Origin: Candidatus Delongbacteria bacterium
GTDB lineage: Bacteria; UBA4055
Assembly: GCA_016937995.1 (NCBI GenBank)
Contig: JAFGVM010000007.1
Span: 1-32,180 of the forward strand
Length of the DNA stretch: 32,180 nt
Reading direction: 5' to 3'
The position numbers and the translations under genes were made by a program. A model generated the notes under the pieces. The model worked only from the letters and a program-made list of their open reading frames with translations. It did not search any database and was not told the origin of the DNA. This document shows, piece after piece, positions 18,379 to 26,698 of this stretch; position 1 is the stretch's first letter; every line of letters begins with the position of its first letter.

Positions 18379-20283
18379 ATGTTATATAAAGCTTTGAGAA
18401 GATATGAGATCTTAATGATCTCAACCTTTCTTTTTATATGGTTATGCTTAATATCCCCTTTTAACCAGAAAATTATTGACCCGGAACTATCTGTTATAGA
18501 GCTTGAGTTTATATTCTCCAGGTTTCTGGTATTGGTTATATGGGTAATTATTTTTTTGACCGGATACATCCTTTTAAAAAAAAATAAAAAAGATACATTT
18601 TTTCCATTCGTTCTCTGGAACATTATCTTCTTTCTCCTGACATTCACTTTCAATATCGGATTTGATCTAACAGATGAAGGTTGGCAGTTATCCAAATCCT
18701 GGTGGTCCATTCATGGAAATACTACCGGAAACTTCGATCTTATATGGGGATCTTCTTTTATTAACGGGTTATGGATGTCTATTCCCTCCAGAGTATCGTT
18801 GATCTGGTCCCGGTTCGGGTTTCTGCTTTTTTTCCCTTTTTTTTCAACTGTGATCTATTACATTTTAAAAAGATATTATGCCGGAAAGTACGTTTTCTGG
18901 GGAGTAGTAATATCTTTTTTATTCTTCTATAGAAATTTTTTGATCTATCCATATATTAACTACTATTACCTTCCGGTTTTTTTTGTTTTGCTTTCGATCT
19001 TATTTCTCCTTAATTATGAAGATAACCTTAAGCTCAAACACCTGATCTTAAGCGGTTTATTTGCAGGTATTTCTATTCATATGAAATTCACCTTTATCCT
19101 TATCTTACCGGTCTATGGTATTTATCTTACCCTGTTTGAAGTTGATAATCCTAACAAAAAAAGATCGGTCATTATTTATTATTCAGCATTATTATCTGCT
19201 TTGATAACAGGATTTATTATTCTTACTTTCGCAGGATCAGATACATTTTTCGACAAAGACAGCAGGCTTTCTATCCTTACTATGTTCAACACATTCTTCG
19301 GCAGTAAAAAGATCAACAGTAGTTTAAACTATTCATTTATACACCTTACCTATGTATATTCAAAAGACCTTGGAGTAATGATACTGCATTTGATCGTACC
19401 TTTAATTCTGTTCATTTCCGGAGCTGTTTTATCCAAAAAATATATTTTCCTCAAATATTTTTCATGGCTCCTAATTGGCATATTGCTTATTGTGTATAAA
19501 GAACAGACTGATAATAACTTTTTGCTGGTAGTATCAATATTTTTTGCACTTGATATTATTCTGACCGCACTACACGGATCAAAAAACAGGGAGATCTTTA
19601 AACTGAACTATATGTTCCTGTACGTATTTTTTGTGTCATTTCTGGGATCAGGAATGAGTATTTATGCAGCTTTGATATCCGGTGGGCTATTCGGATTTTC
19701 TGCCTTCATCATAACTGCTTTGTTATCTGTAAGACCGGAGAAGCTGGATTTCAGGATACTAGTTTATTCGCTCATTGTTTTTATTCTGGTCATTCAGTTT
19801 AAAAAAGAGTTCGTCGCATACAGAGATATTGAATCCAGATATTTGAACGCTATGTTCAAAAGCCCCGAGCTTTCAGGTATTTATTCATTCAAAGAAAGAG
19901 TTGATGTCGTCGATGAATTTATTTCAAATGCTAAAAAGATAATTTCTAAGGATGATAAAGTATTTATTGTCGGGATGCCTATGTTTTATTATATTCTGAA
20001 TATTGAACCGGTCATTTCTGAACCTTACGACCTTATCCTGGGACTGGATCAATTGAAGGAAGAGATCAAAGAACAAGATCCTAGTGTAATTATTACTCCG
20101 GTCCAGTCTCCAAGAGGAGTATACTGGCCGCTTGAAAGGAACATCAGCTTCTCTTTGAAGGATAAGTTTGAGATATCAACAAGGAAATATCACGAATTTT
20201 ATGGTTCGTATATTTCTGAAAATGGACTTATCAAAGTATTTTCCAACTCAATGTTCCAGATCTACAAAAAGGAGAGCCAATAA
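18379..20283 (+). CDS. Polytopic GT-C-like glycosyltransferase, paralogue C, directly downstream of the pilin
   Basis: GFDLTDEGWQLSKSW...IWSRFG with intact DE pair; ISIHMK; many TMs; C-terminal domain similar to A and B. Confidence 0.78.
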   Translation: MLYKALRRYEILMISTFLFIWLCLISPFNQKIIDPELSVIELEFIFSRFLVLVIWVIIFLTGYILLKKNKKDTFFPFVLWNIIFFLLTFTFNIGFDLTDEGWQLSKSWWSIHGNTTGNFDLIWGSSFINGLWMSIPSRVSLIWSRFGFLLFFPFFSTVIYYILKRYYAGKYVFWGVVISFLFFYRNFLIYPYINYYYLPVFFVLLSILFLLNYEDNLKLKHLILSGLFAGISIHMKFTFILILPVYGIYLTLFEVDNPNKKRSVIIYYSALLSALITGFIILTFAGSDTFFDKDSRLSILTMFNTFFGSKKINSSLNYSFIHLTYVYSKDLGVMILHLIVPLILFISGAVLSKKYIFLKYFSWLLIGILLIVYKEQTDNNFLLVVSIFFALDIILTALHGSKNREIFKLNYMFLYVFFVSFLGSGMSIYAALISGGLFGFSAFIITALLSVRPEKLDFRILVYSLIVFILVIQFKKEFVAYRDIESRYLNAMFKSPELSGIYSFKERVDVVDEFISNAKKIISKDDKVFIVGMPMFYYILNIEPVISEPYDLILGLDQLKEEIKEQDPSVIITPVQSPRGVYWPLERNISFSLKDKFEISTRKYHEFYGSYISENGLIKVFSNSMFQIYKKESQ

Positions 20284-21255
20284 ATGAAAATCATTATAAC
20301 AGGTGTAGCAGGATTCATCGGATCCAACCTTGCAAAAACCCTTCTGGACAGAGGTCATGAGATAATTGGTATTGATAATCTGAGCTATGGATTAGAAAGA
20401 AACATTCAAGATTTCAGGGACCATCCTAAATTTAAATTCGTTTTCGGTGACATCGCCAATCCACTGATATTAAAGGACTTTCATTCTGAAATAATAATTC
20501 ATCTGGCTTCACAAAAAATACCAAGATATACAAATGCTCTAAGAACTCTCGATGAAAATTATCTTATGCTAAGAAACATAATCCAGAAATGTATTCTGGA
20601 CAGATCTAAAATAATCTTTGCTTCAACTTCGGATGTTTACGGTAAGAACGAAAAAGTTCCTTTTCATGAGGAATCTGATCTGGTACTGGGTTCAACAACA
20701 ATAAAAAGGTGGGCATACGCATCATCAAAGATTTATGGAGAACAATATATCATTGCCAACAGTGAAGAATATGGATTAAAATATACCATCGGAAGATTTT
20801 TCGGCAGTTATGGTCCGAATCATAATTTAACATGGTGGGGCGGTCCTCAATCAGGATTTATCACAAAGGCGTTGGAAAATGAAGAGATCGAAATTCATGG
20901 GGACGGAAGTCAGACAAGAACGTTCACCTATGTTGATGATACTGTAGATGCTCTGGTAAAATTTGTAGAAAATAACAGCTCTGACAATGAGATCTTCAAT
21001 ACCGGCTCTAATCCGGACGAGGAAATTTCTATACTCGGTCTGGGAAAACTTATCTGGAAACTGGTTAACGGAGAAAATTCCGAACCTAAATTCAAATATA
21101 TACCTTACTCATCATTTGGTAAGTACGAAGATGTTATGAGACGGGTTCCTGACATATCCAAATTGAAACAATTTTTTAATTTTGATCCTCAATATTCTCT
21201 TGAAGAAGGATTGAAAAAAACGATCGAATGGCAAAGGAAATTACTTGGAAAATAA
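20284..21255 (+). CDS. Extended SDR nucleotide-sugar epimerase/dehydratase, ArnA-C/UDP-glucuronate decarboxylase-like
   Basis: TGVAGFIGS, ASTSDVYG, RWAYASSK (YxxxK), GDGSQTRTFTYVDD, EDVMRRVPDI. Confidence 0.88.
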   Translation: MKIIITGVAGFIGSNLAKTLLDRGHEIIGIDNLSYGLERNIQDFRDHPKFKFVFGDIANPLILKDFHSEIIIHLASQKIPRYTNALRTLDENYLMLRNIIQKCILDRSKIIFASTSDVYGKNEKVPFHEESDLVLGSTTIKRWAYASSKIYGEQYIIANSEEYGLKYTIGRFFGSYGPNHNLTWWGGPQSGFITKALENEEIEIHGDGSQTRTFTYVDDTVDALVKFVENNSSDNEIFNTGSNPDEEISILGLGKLIWKLVNGENSEPKFKYIPYSSFGKYEDVMRRVPDISKLKQFFNFDPQYSLEEGLKKTIEWQRKLLGK

Positions 21256-22339
21256 AATTAAAAAAAAAATAGTAACCATTATCGGTGCAAGACCTCAGTT
21301 CATTAAAGCTGCCGTGGTCAGTAGAGAATTAAGAAAAAGAACCGGGATCGAAGAGATCATTATCCATACCGGACAGCACTTTGATGAGAACATGAGTAAG
21401 ATCTTTTTTGATGAACTTGAAATAGCCGAACCTAAATACAACCTCGGGATATCTTCTCTGTCGCAGGGTGCAATGACAGGAAAAATGATCGAAAGTATTG
21501 AAAAAATCGTCATTGATGAAAGACCAGATCTTGTTCTGCTCTACGGTGACACTAATTCAACATTGGCCGGTGCGCTGGCTACGGTAAAACTTAACATACC
21601 TGTTGCACATGTTGAAGCCGGACTCAGATCATTTAACAATAAAATGCCCGAAGAAATTAACAGGATCCTGACTGACAGGATCAGTTCACTTCTATTCACT
21701 CCGACTGATAAAGCGACCGAGAATTTGACCGCTGAAGGATTTATAAATCTCGGTGCCAGGATAATCCCCTCGGGTGATGTTATGTATGACTCCGCGATCC
21801 TGTACAAAAATAATGAAAAGATTCCTGATATCGAAATTCCTGAGAAATTTATTCTCGCAACTATTCACAGACCTGAGACAACTGACAGTTACGAAAATCT
21901 TATCAACTGTATAAACGTATTAAAAAATAATGCACCATTTCCTGTCATTCTTTCTCTTCATCCCAGGACCAAAGATAAAATAAAAAAATATAAGATCGAC
22001 ACAGACTGCGGAAATCTTATGCTTATCGATCCGGTCAGTTACAGAGAAATGCAATATTTACTCGGCAGGTCTGAATTTGTCGCAACTGACAGCGGTGGAC
22101 TTCAGAAAGAATCATTTTTTAACGGAAAATATTGTTTGACCCTTCGGACTGAAACTGAATGGGTAGAATTAGTTGATAACGGGACCAACTATGTCTGCGG
22201 ATATGACCCGGTTAAGATAATTGAAGCTATGGACATCATTGTAAAAAAAGATAGATTTGACCCTGCTTCATATGATCTTTACGGAAATGGGAATGCTTCA
22301 AAAATAATTGTTGATACTATAATTGATTATTTAAACTGA
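21245..22339 (+). CDS. wecB: Non-hydrolysing UDP-HexNAc 2-epimerase (WecB/WbpI-like)
   Basis: GARPQFIKAA, HTGQHFD, YGDTNSTLAG, HVEAGLRSFN, MPEEINR, GDVMYD, TDSGGLQKE, TEWVEL; TTG start overlapping the upstream gene. Confidence 0.93.
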   Translation: MENKIKKKIVTIIGARPQFIKAAVVSRELRKRTGIEEIIIHTGQHFDENMSKIFFDELEIAEPKYNLGISSLSQGAMTGKMIESIEKIVIDERPDLVLLYGDTNSTLAGALATVKLNIPVAHVEAGLRSFNNKMPEEINRILTDRISSLLFTPTDKATENLTAEGFINLGARIIPSGDVMYDSAILYKNNEKIPDIEIPEKFILATIHRPETTDSYENLINCINVLKNNAPFPVILSLHPRTKDKIKKYKIDTDCGNLMLIDPVSYREMQYLLGRSEFVATDSGGLQKESFFNGKYCLTLRTETEWVELVDNGTNYVCGYDPVKIIEAMDIIVKKDRFDPASYDLYGNGNASKIIVDTIIDYLN

Positions 22340-22351
22340 AAGAAAACGAGC

Positions 22352-23074
22352 ATGATTTATTTTATTGTACCTGTATATAACGAAGAACTAAATATTGAAG
22401 AGCTCGCATCTTCACTGAAAAAAGTATTACCTGAAAGAGAAAAATTCTTTGTTTTTATTGATGATCATTCCACTGATAATACCTTAAAGAACATTGACCT
22501 TTATTTTGGCAGTATGAAATACCATATTATAACAAAAGAAAAAAATGCAGGACCGGGAGATTCTTTTAACATCGGTTTTGAATATCTGCTGGATAAAACA
22601 CTTAAAGAAGATCTGATAATAACTATTGAGGCTGATAATACATCCAGTCTGGAAATTCTTGATAAAATGGTAACTATCTCTGAACTCGGATACGGGATCG
22701 TTCTCGCGTCCCCTTATGCTCAGGGTGGTGGATTCGAAGAAACAACTCTAATAAGAAAAATTCTGTCATTTGTCGCAAATACAGCACTCAGATTCATTTT
22801 TGATATAAAAGTTCTTACTCTAAGCTCTTTTTACAGAGTATATAAACCTGAAGCTATTACGCAGATCAAAAATAAATATGGCGTTATCATTGAGGAGCCC
22901 GGATTTATTTGTATGGTGGAAGTACTGATCAAAGCTATCAGATGTAAGATAAGCATTATCGAAGTACCAATGGTCCTAAGCTCCAATAAGCGGAAAGGCA
23001 GGTCAAAAATGAAAATAATGAGAACAATGATCAATTATTCAGCTTTCTTACTAAAAAATATCTTTAAAAAATAG
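22352..23074 (+). CDS. GT2 glycosyltransferase, DPM1/Ppm1-like (no C-terminal TM)
   Basis: FIVPVYNEE, FIDDHSTD, IEADNT, ASPYAQGGG, SSFYRVY, EVPMVL...RKGRSKM. Confidence 0.88.
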   Translation: MIYFIVPVYNEELNIEELASSLKKVLPEREKFFVFIDDHSTDNTLKNIDLYFGSMKYHIITKEKNAGPGDSFNIGFEYLLDKTLKEDLIITIEADNTSSLEILDKMVTISELGYGIVLASPYAQGGGFEETTLIRKILSFVANTALRFIFDIKVLTLSSFYRVYKPEAITQIKNKYGVIIEEPGFICMVEVLIKAIRCKISIIEVPMVLSSNKRKGRSKMKIMRTMINYSAFLLKNIFKK

Positions 23075-23079
23075 ATCTA

Positions 23080-23511
23080 ATGAGATTAGTCCAGATTTTA
23101 AAAAAATACTTAGATGTCAAACAAAATTCAGGATCAGTCAAAAGGCAGTACATTGCTTTTGTAGCTGTCGGTGCTGTATCTTTTGTGATCGGGATCCTTC
23201 TTCTCAAGCTTTTTTATAAAGAAATGGGACTCGGTTTGATAACATCAAACACTATTTCATTTATAATTGTTTCCGCTGTTAATTTTGTTCTGAGCATAAA
23301 ATTTGTTTTTATCCGGGGGAAAAATTCTGCAGCAAAAGAAATTACACTTTTTTACATTACTGCAATATTTACGCTTTTACTGGATAATTTTCTGTTGGAT
23401 ATTTTTGTGAGAACTCTTGAAATCTATTACGTTATGGCTAAAATACTTACTGTTTCAAGCGTTTCTATTGCTTCTTTTCTGCTGAGAAAATTTATAGTCT
23501 TCAAAAAATAA
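23080..23511 (+). CDS. GtrA-family lipid-linked sugar translocase
   Basis: 143 aa, 4 TMs, FVAVGAVSF...VNFVLSIKFVF...AKI...FLLRKFIVFKK. Confidence 0.9.
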   Translation: MRLVQILKKYLDVKQNSGSVKRQYIAFVAVGAVSFVIGILLLKLFYKEMGLGLITSNTISFIIVSAVNFVLSIKFVFIRGKNSAAKEITLFYITAIFTLLLDNFLLDIFVRTLEIYYVMAKILTVSSVSIASFLLRKFIVFKK

Positions 23512-23523
23512 TTTTCAATCAGA

Positions 23524-24258
23524 CTAATCCTCTTTTATCTCACCAACTATCAGGTATCTCCAGCAAAGGTATCTTCCCAAACCTGTCGGATTTACGATCT
23601 TCTCAAGTAAATTCTCCAATCCGATTATAAATTTATGCAGGGGTGGTAAATCCGGCACTAAATTTAAACCTACATATCCTCCGCTCAATGGAAGACTGAA
23701 CAGAGTATTAAATTTTTTATGTATTATTTTCAATCCTAACTCATCCTGAATTCTTAAAGCAGTTTCGTAGTCACATTCCGCATCATTATGTGAAGCCAGT
23801 TTTCTCATAGACTTAAGAATAAAATTAATGTTCGGATCAAAAAAAATAATTCTGGACTTATCTTTTGATACTCTGATCAATTCATTTTTAACTTTTTCAA
23901 AGTCAGCTTCCTGATAAAAATGATGTAATGCATCTCTTAAGATAATGGTATCAAATGAATTATTTTCAAAAGGGAGCTCTTCAGCATCTGCAACCATGAA
24001 ATCACAATCAGGATATGTTTCTTTACATAAAGAAATTACTTCCTCATCAAAATCTATACCTGTACAACTCAGGTTCAAATTATTTTTTATGTAGTTTGTA
24101 GTTGTACCAAATCCGCAACCGAGATCAAGGATTGAATTGCCAATTATATGTTTCGAGATCAGGCTTATATGCTTCCGGTCAACCTCTCCCCAGAATTTTT
24201 TTAGCCTTTTATGCGGTTCAAAAATTTTCATGACCATTGATTTTATTTTTACCAACAT
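23524..24258 (-). CDS. Class I SAM-dependent methyltransferase
   Basis: ILDLGCGFG, GIDF, ADAEELPFENNSFDTI...ALHH. Start may be ATG 24237 or 24231. Confidence 0.9.
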   Translation of the reverse strand: MLVKIKSMVMKIFEPHKRLKKFWGEVDRKHISLISKHIIGNSILDLGCGFGTTTNYIKNNLNLSCTGIDFDEEVISLCKETYPDCDFMVADAEELPFENNSFDTIILRDALHHFYQEADFEKVKNELIRVSKDKSRIIFFDPNINFILKSMRKLASHNDAECDYETALRIQDELGLKIIHKKFNTLFSLPLSGGYVGLNLVPDLPPLHKFIIGLENLLEKIVNPTGLGRYLCWRYLIVGEIKED

Positions 24259-24415
24259 ATAAAATTAATGATTAACTGATGAACTTGCAAGTTAATACAG
24301 CAGATGCATTCTATATATGGGTTTATCGTAAAATAATTATTCTGTAGCAAAAAGGATCAAATATTCATATCTTTGTAAATTAAAAGTCTTAAATTAAATA
24401 CAGAGTGAGGTGATC

Positions 24416-25669
24416 ATGCGTTATTTTCTGACAATTATTTTCCTTTTTTCTATAATTTTTCCCGTTCATGGCAAAACGGTCATTCTTTCGGGATTTAAAC
24501 CTGTTAAACAGGATAGATATGAATTTATCTCTTCTGCATTTAAAAAATATGTAGTTGAAAATTTTAAGAACTCTGAAATGACTATTTTAGATGAAAAATC
24601 AGAGGAACTTGAGTATTTATTATTAAAAAACAGAAATTTCTTTCTGGCATCAAAAGAATTTTTTGACAACTGGGAAAATTTTGAATTTGATAATACTGTT
24701 TTTTGCGAAACTACCGTAAGAGGTAAAAAAGTAGAATTTCATATTGAAGTATACTCCAAAGATAAGAAAAGACTAACACTTAAAGACGATTTTAAGGGCA
24801 GATCGAACCAGCTGCTCAGTTTATTCGATGCTGTTACAAGAAATATATTAATTTCAATGGACTCCAATAAATCTACGATCAATCCTTTCGGGGTTGATGA
24901 CAATGAAATGTTCTATGAATATCTTAGATTAGAATACTACACAGAAAAATTATGGGAATCAGATGATCCTGATAAATATTATCTTCTGCTTGATGAGCTT
25001 GAATCATATAAAAATGACTTTAATACTTACCCTCAATTTGAGAAACTTTACAATGAGGTTGCTGAGAGAAGTGATGATTTTATCCTTACCGGAGCATTGG
25101 ACCTGCCTGTAGAAAATACTTCTAAAGAAGTTTTCAGCGAAGACAATGAAGTTGAGGCCTTTTTTAGAAAGCTGATCGTTGACGGATACCATTTCAGGCA
25201 TTTATCGACCAGTAAAAATTATGATGAGGAAGATAAAAGTGTTGTCGGTTTGGTCGTAGCCTATGAAATTAATTTCAAAAAATTAATAAGAAAAGAGCTT
25301 CTGTCCGAGATCAGGAAAAGAAAAGGAAATCTTAAATTTGCCAACATGGGGATGTATTATTTCAGTTCAAATGAAAGTGAAAATAAAATGGTGATCGACT
25401 TTCTGTTGAGACAAAAAGTCATATTGAGGTTGTTTGACAAGGATAATACTCTTATTTCAGAATCAGAAGTAGGTGTCAAATATATGGATTACCAGGGTGG
25501 TGAATACAAGAATGCCAAAAAAGTTCCTTTCCCGCTAATGCCTAGAGGTTCGGCTAACACAGCTTTTGCTGTTGAAAAACTGGGAATATTGACTCTTGTT
25601 TTTGATGGGTTTACAGCTGTTGAACTAAAAAAAATAACACATAGTGAAATTGAAATCTCATTTGAATAA
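24416..25669 (+). CDS. Secreted hypothetical protein (N-terminal region loosely TolB-N/CsgG-like)
   Basis: GAGGTG RBS before ATG 24416; signal peptide ending PVHG. Fold guess is weak. Confidence 0.7.
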   Translation: MRYFLTIIFLFSIIFPVHGKTVILSGFKPVKQDRYEFISSAFKKYVVENFKNSEMTILDEKSEELEYLLLKNRNFFLASKEFFDNWENFEFDNTVFCETTVRGKKVEFHIEVYSKDKKRLTLKDDFKGRSNQLLSLFDAVTRNILISMDSNKSTINPFGVDDNEMFYEYLRLEYYTEKLWESDDPDKYYLLLDELESYKNDFNTYPQFEKLYNEVAERSDDFILTGALDLPVENTSKEVFSEDNEVEAFFRKLIVDGYHFRHLSTSKNYDEEDKSVVGLVVAYEINFKKLIRKELLSEIRKRKGNLKFANMGMYYFSSNESENKMVIDFLLRQKVILRLFDKDNTLISESEVGVKYMDYQGGEYKNAKKVPFPLMPRGSANTAFAVEKLGILTLVFDGFTAVELKKITHSEIEISFE

Positions 25670-25681
25670 ATCCCGAATATT

Positions 25682-26698
25682 ATGAAATTTTACCTAGTTG
25701 CTATAATGGTCATCTTCATTTCTGCCTGCAGTATCGATCCTGAAGAGCTGGAAAAAAGCGGCAAATATGAAAAGGCTTTGGAGCTTTACAGAGAAAAACT
25801 GACAGAGGATTATCAGAATATTGACCTAAGGGTAAAGTTCACTCTATGCTATTTTAAGAACGCAATGAAATACATTGAGCAAAATGATCTGGAAGAAGCT
25901 GAAAGGAATATAGAAAGAGGAACGATATATAACAAAGAAGACAATCCTCAAATAAAAAATCAATATGCCCAGGTAATTTTATCTCTTGGTAAAAAACTTG
26001 TTTCGATTGGTGATCTTGACGGTTCCGTGGAAATGAAAAAGAAATATCAGAAAGGTTATGACCTGATAGAAAAAGCTGTTTTTTTATCTGATGATAACAC
26101 TGAGGCAAAAGAAGTATTTAACCAGTTGAACAGTGATCTGTCCGAAAAATATTTACAAAAAGGAAAAGAATTATTTTTCCTTTGGAGAGAGAACAGTAAA
26201 AATTATAAAACTTTGACAGAAAGTTTGAAATTTGCAGAACAGTCACTGATTTTTTACCCAAATAACATAAATGCCAGAGAACTCCAGAACAATATACTTG
26301 AAAAATTATTGTATGAATCACCTAGAGAGCAGGATCTCAGTTTTAAAATAATGAAAATATTTCATAATACTCAGACCCGCATTTCAGCATTTAAAATTCG
26401 TTTCTACAATGACGACACTGATGATGTAATAATATCTCCTGATCAGTTCACTCTTTATGATGATAAAGACAATGCATATATTTTTGATAAGGAGTCTGCT
26501 TCGAACGGAAATTATACAGGTGTTATGAATAGAATAAGGGTCTCTCCAAGTCATTTTACCAGCGGATTACTAGTCTTCAATACCGGTGTGAAAAATCCTG
26601 TTATATCATCAATAGTTTGGCGAAACAGTGCGGGAGTATCTTATGAAAAAGAATTCCCGGGCAAGAAGTTAATGGACCTGATCGTGGAGCAGAGATAA
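25682..26698 (+). CDS. TPR lipoprotein with C-terminal DUF4352-like Ig-fold domain
   Basis: Lipobox ISAC; TPR-like helices (GKYEKALELY, ALIFYPNN-type ends); C-terminal FYNDDTDDVIISPDQFTLYD...SGLLVF. Confidence 0.72.
   Translation: MKFYLVAIMVIFISACSIDPEELEKSGKYEKALELYREKLTEDYQNIDLRVKFTLCYFKNAMKYIEQNDLEEAERNIERGTIYNKEDNPQIKNQYAQVILSLGKKLVSIGDLDGSVEMKKKYQKGYDLIEKAVFLSDDNTEAKEVFNQLNSDLSEKYLQKGKELFFLWRENSKNYKTLTESLKFAEQSLIFYPNNINARELQNNILEKLLYESPREQDLSFKIMKIFHNTQTRISAFKIRFYNDDTDDVIISPDQFTLYDDKDNAYIFDKESASNGNYTGVMNRIRVSPSHFTSGLLVFNTGVKNPVISSIVWRNSAGVSYEKEFPGKKLMDLIVEQR

Noticed and set aside
9230-21269. Phase-variable homopolymers (A9 at 9230, 10467, 18576; A10 at 21260)
   Set aside because: All genes are in frame, such runs are expected in very AT-rich DNA, and there are no long G/C tracts.
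4766-24258. Ordinary O-antigen/capsule cluster or arn lipid A operon
   Set aside because: No recognisable Wzx/Wzy/Wzz/ABC/initiating transferase, and no ArnB, ArnD or formyltransferase; lipid acceptors cannot be fully excluded.
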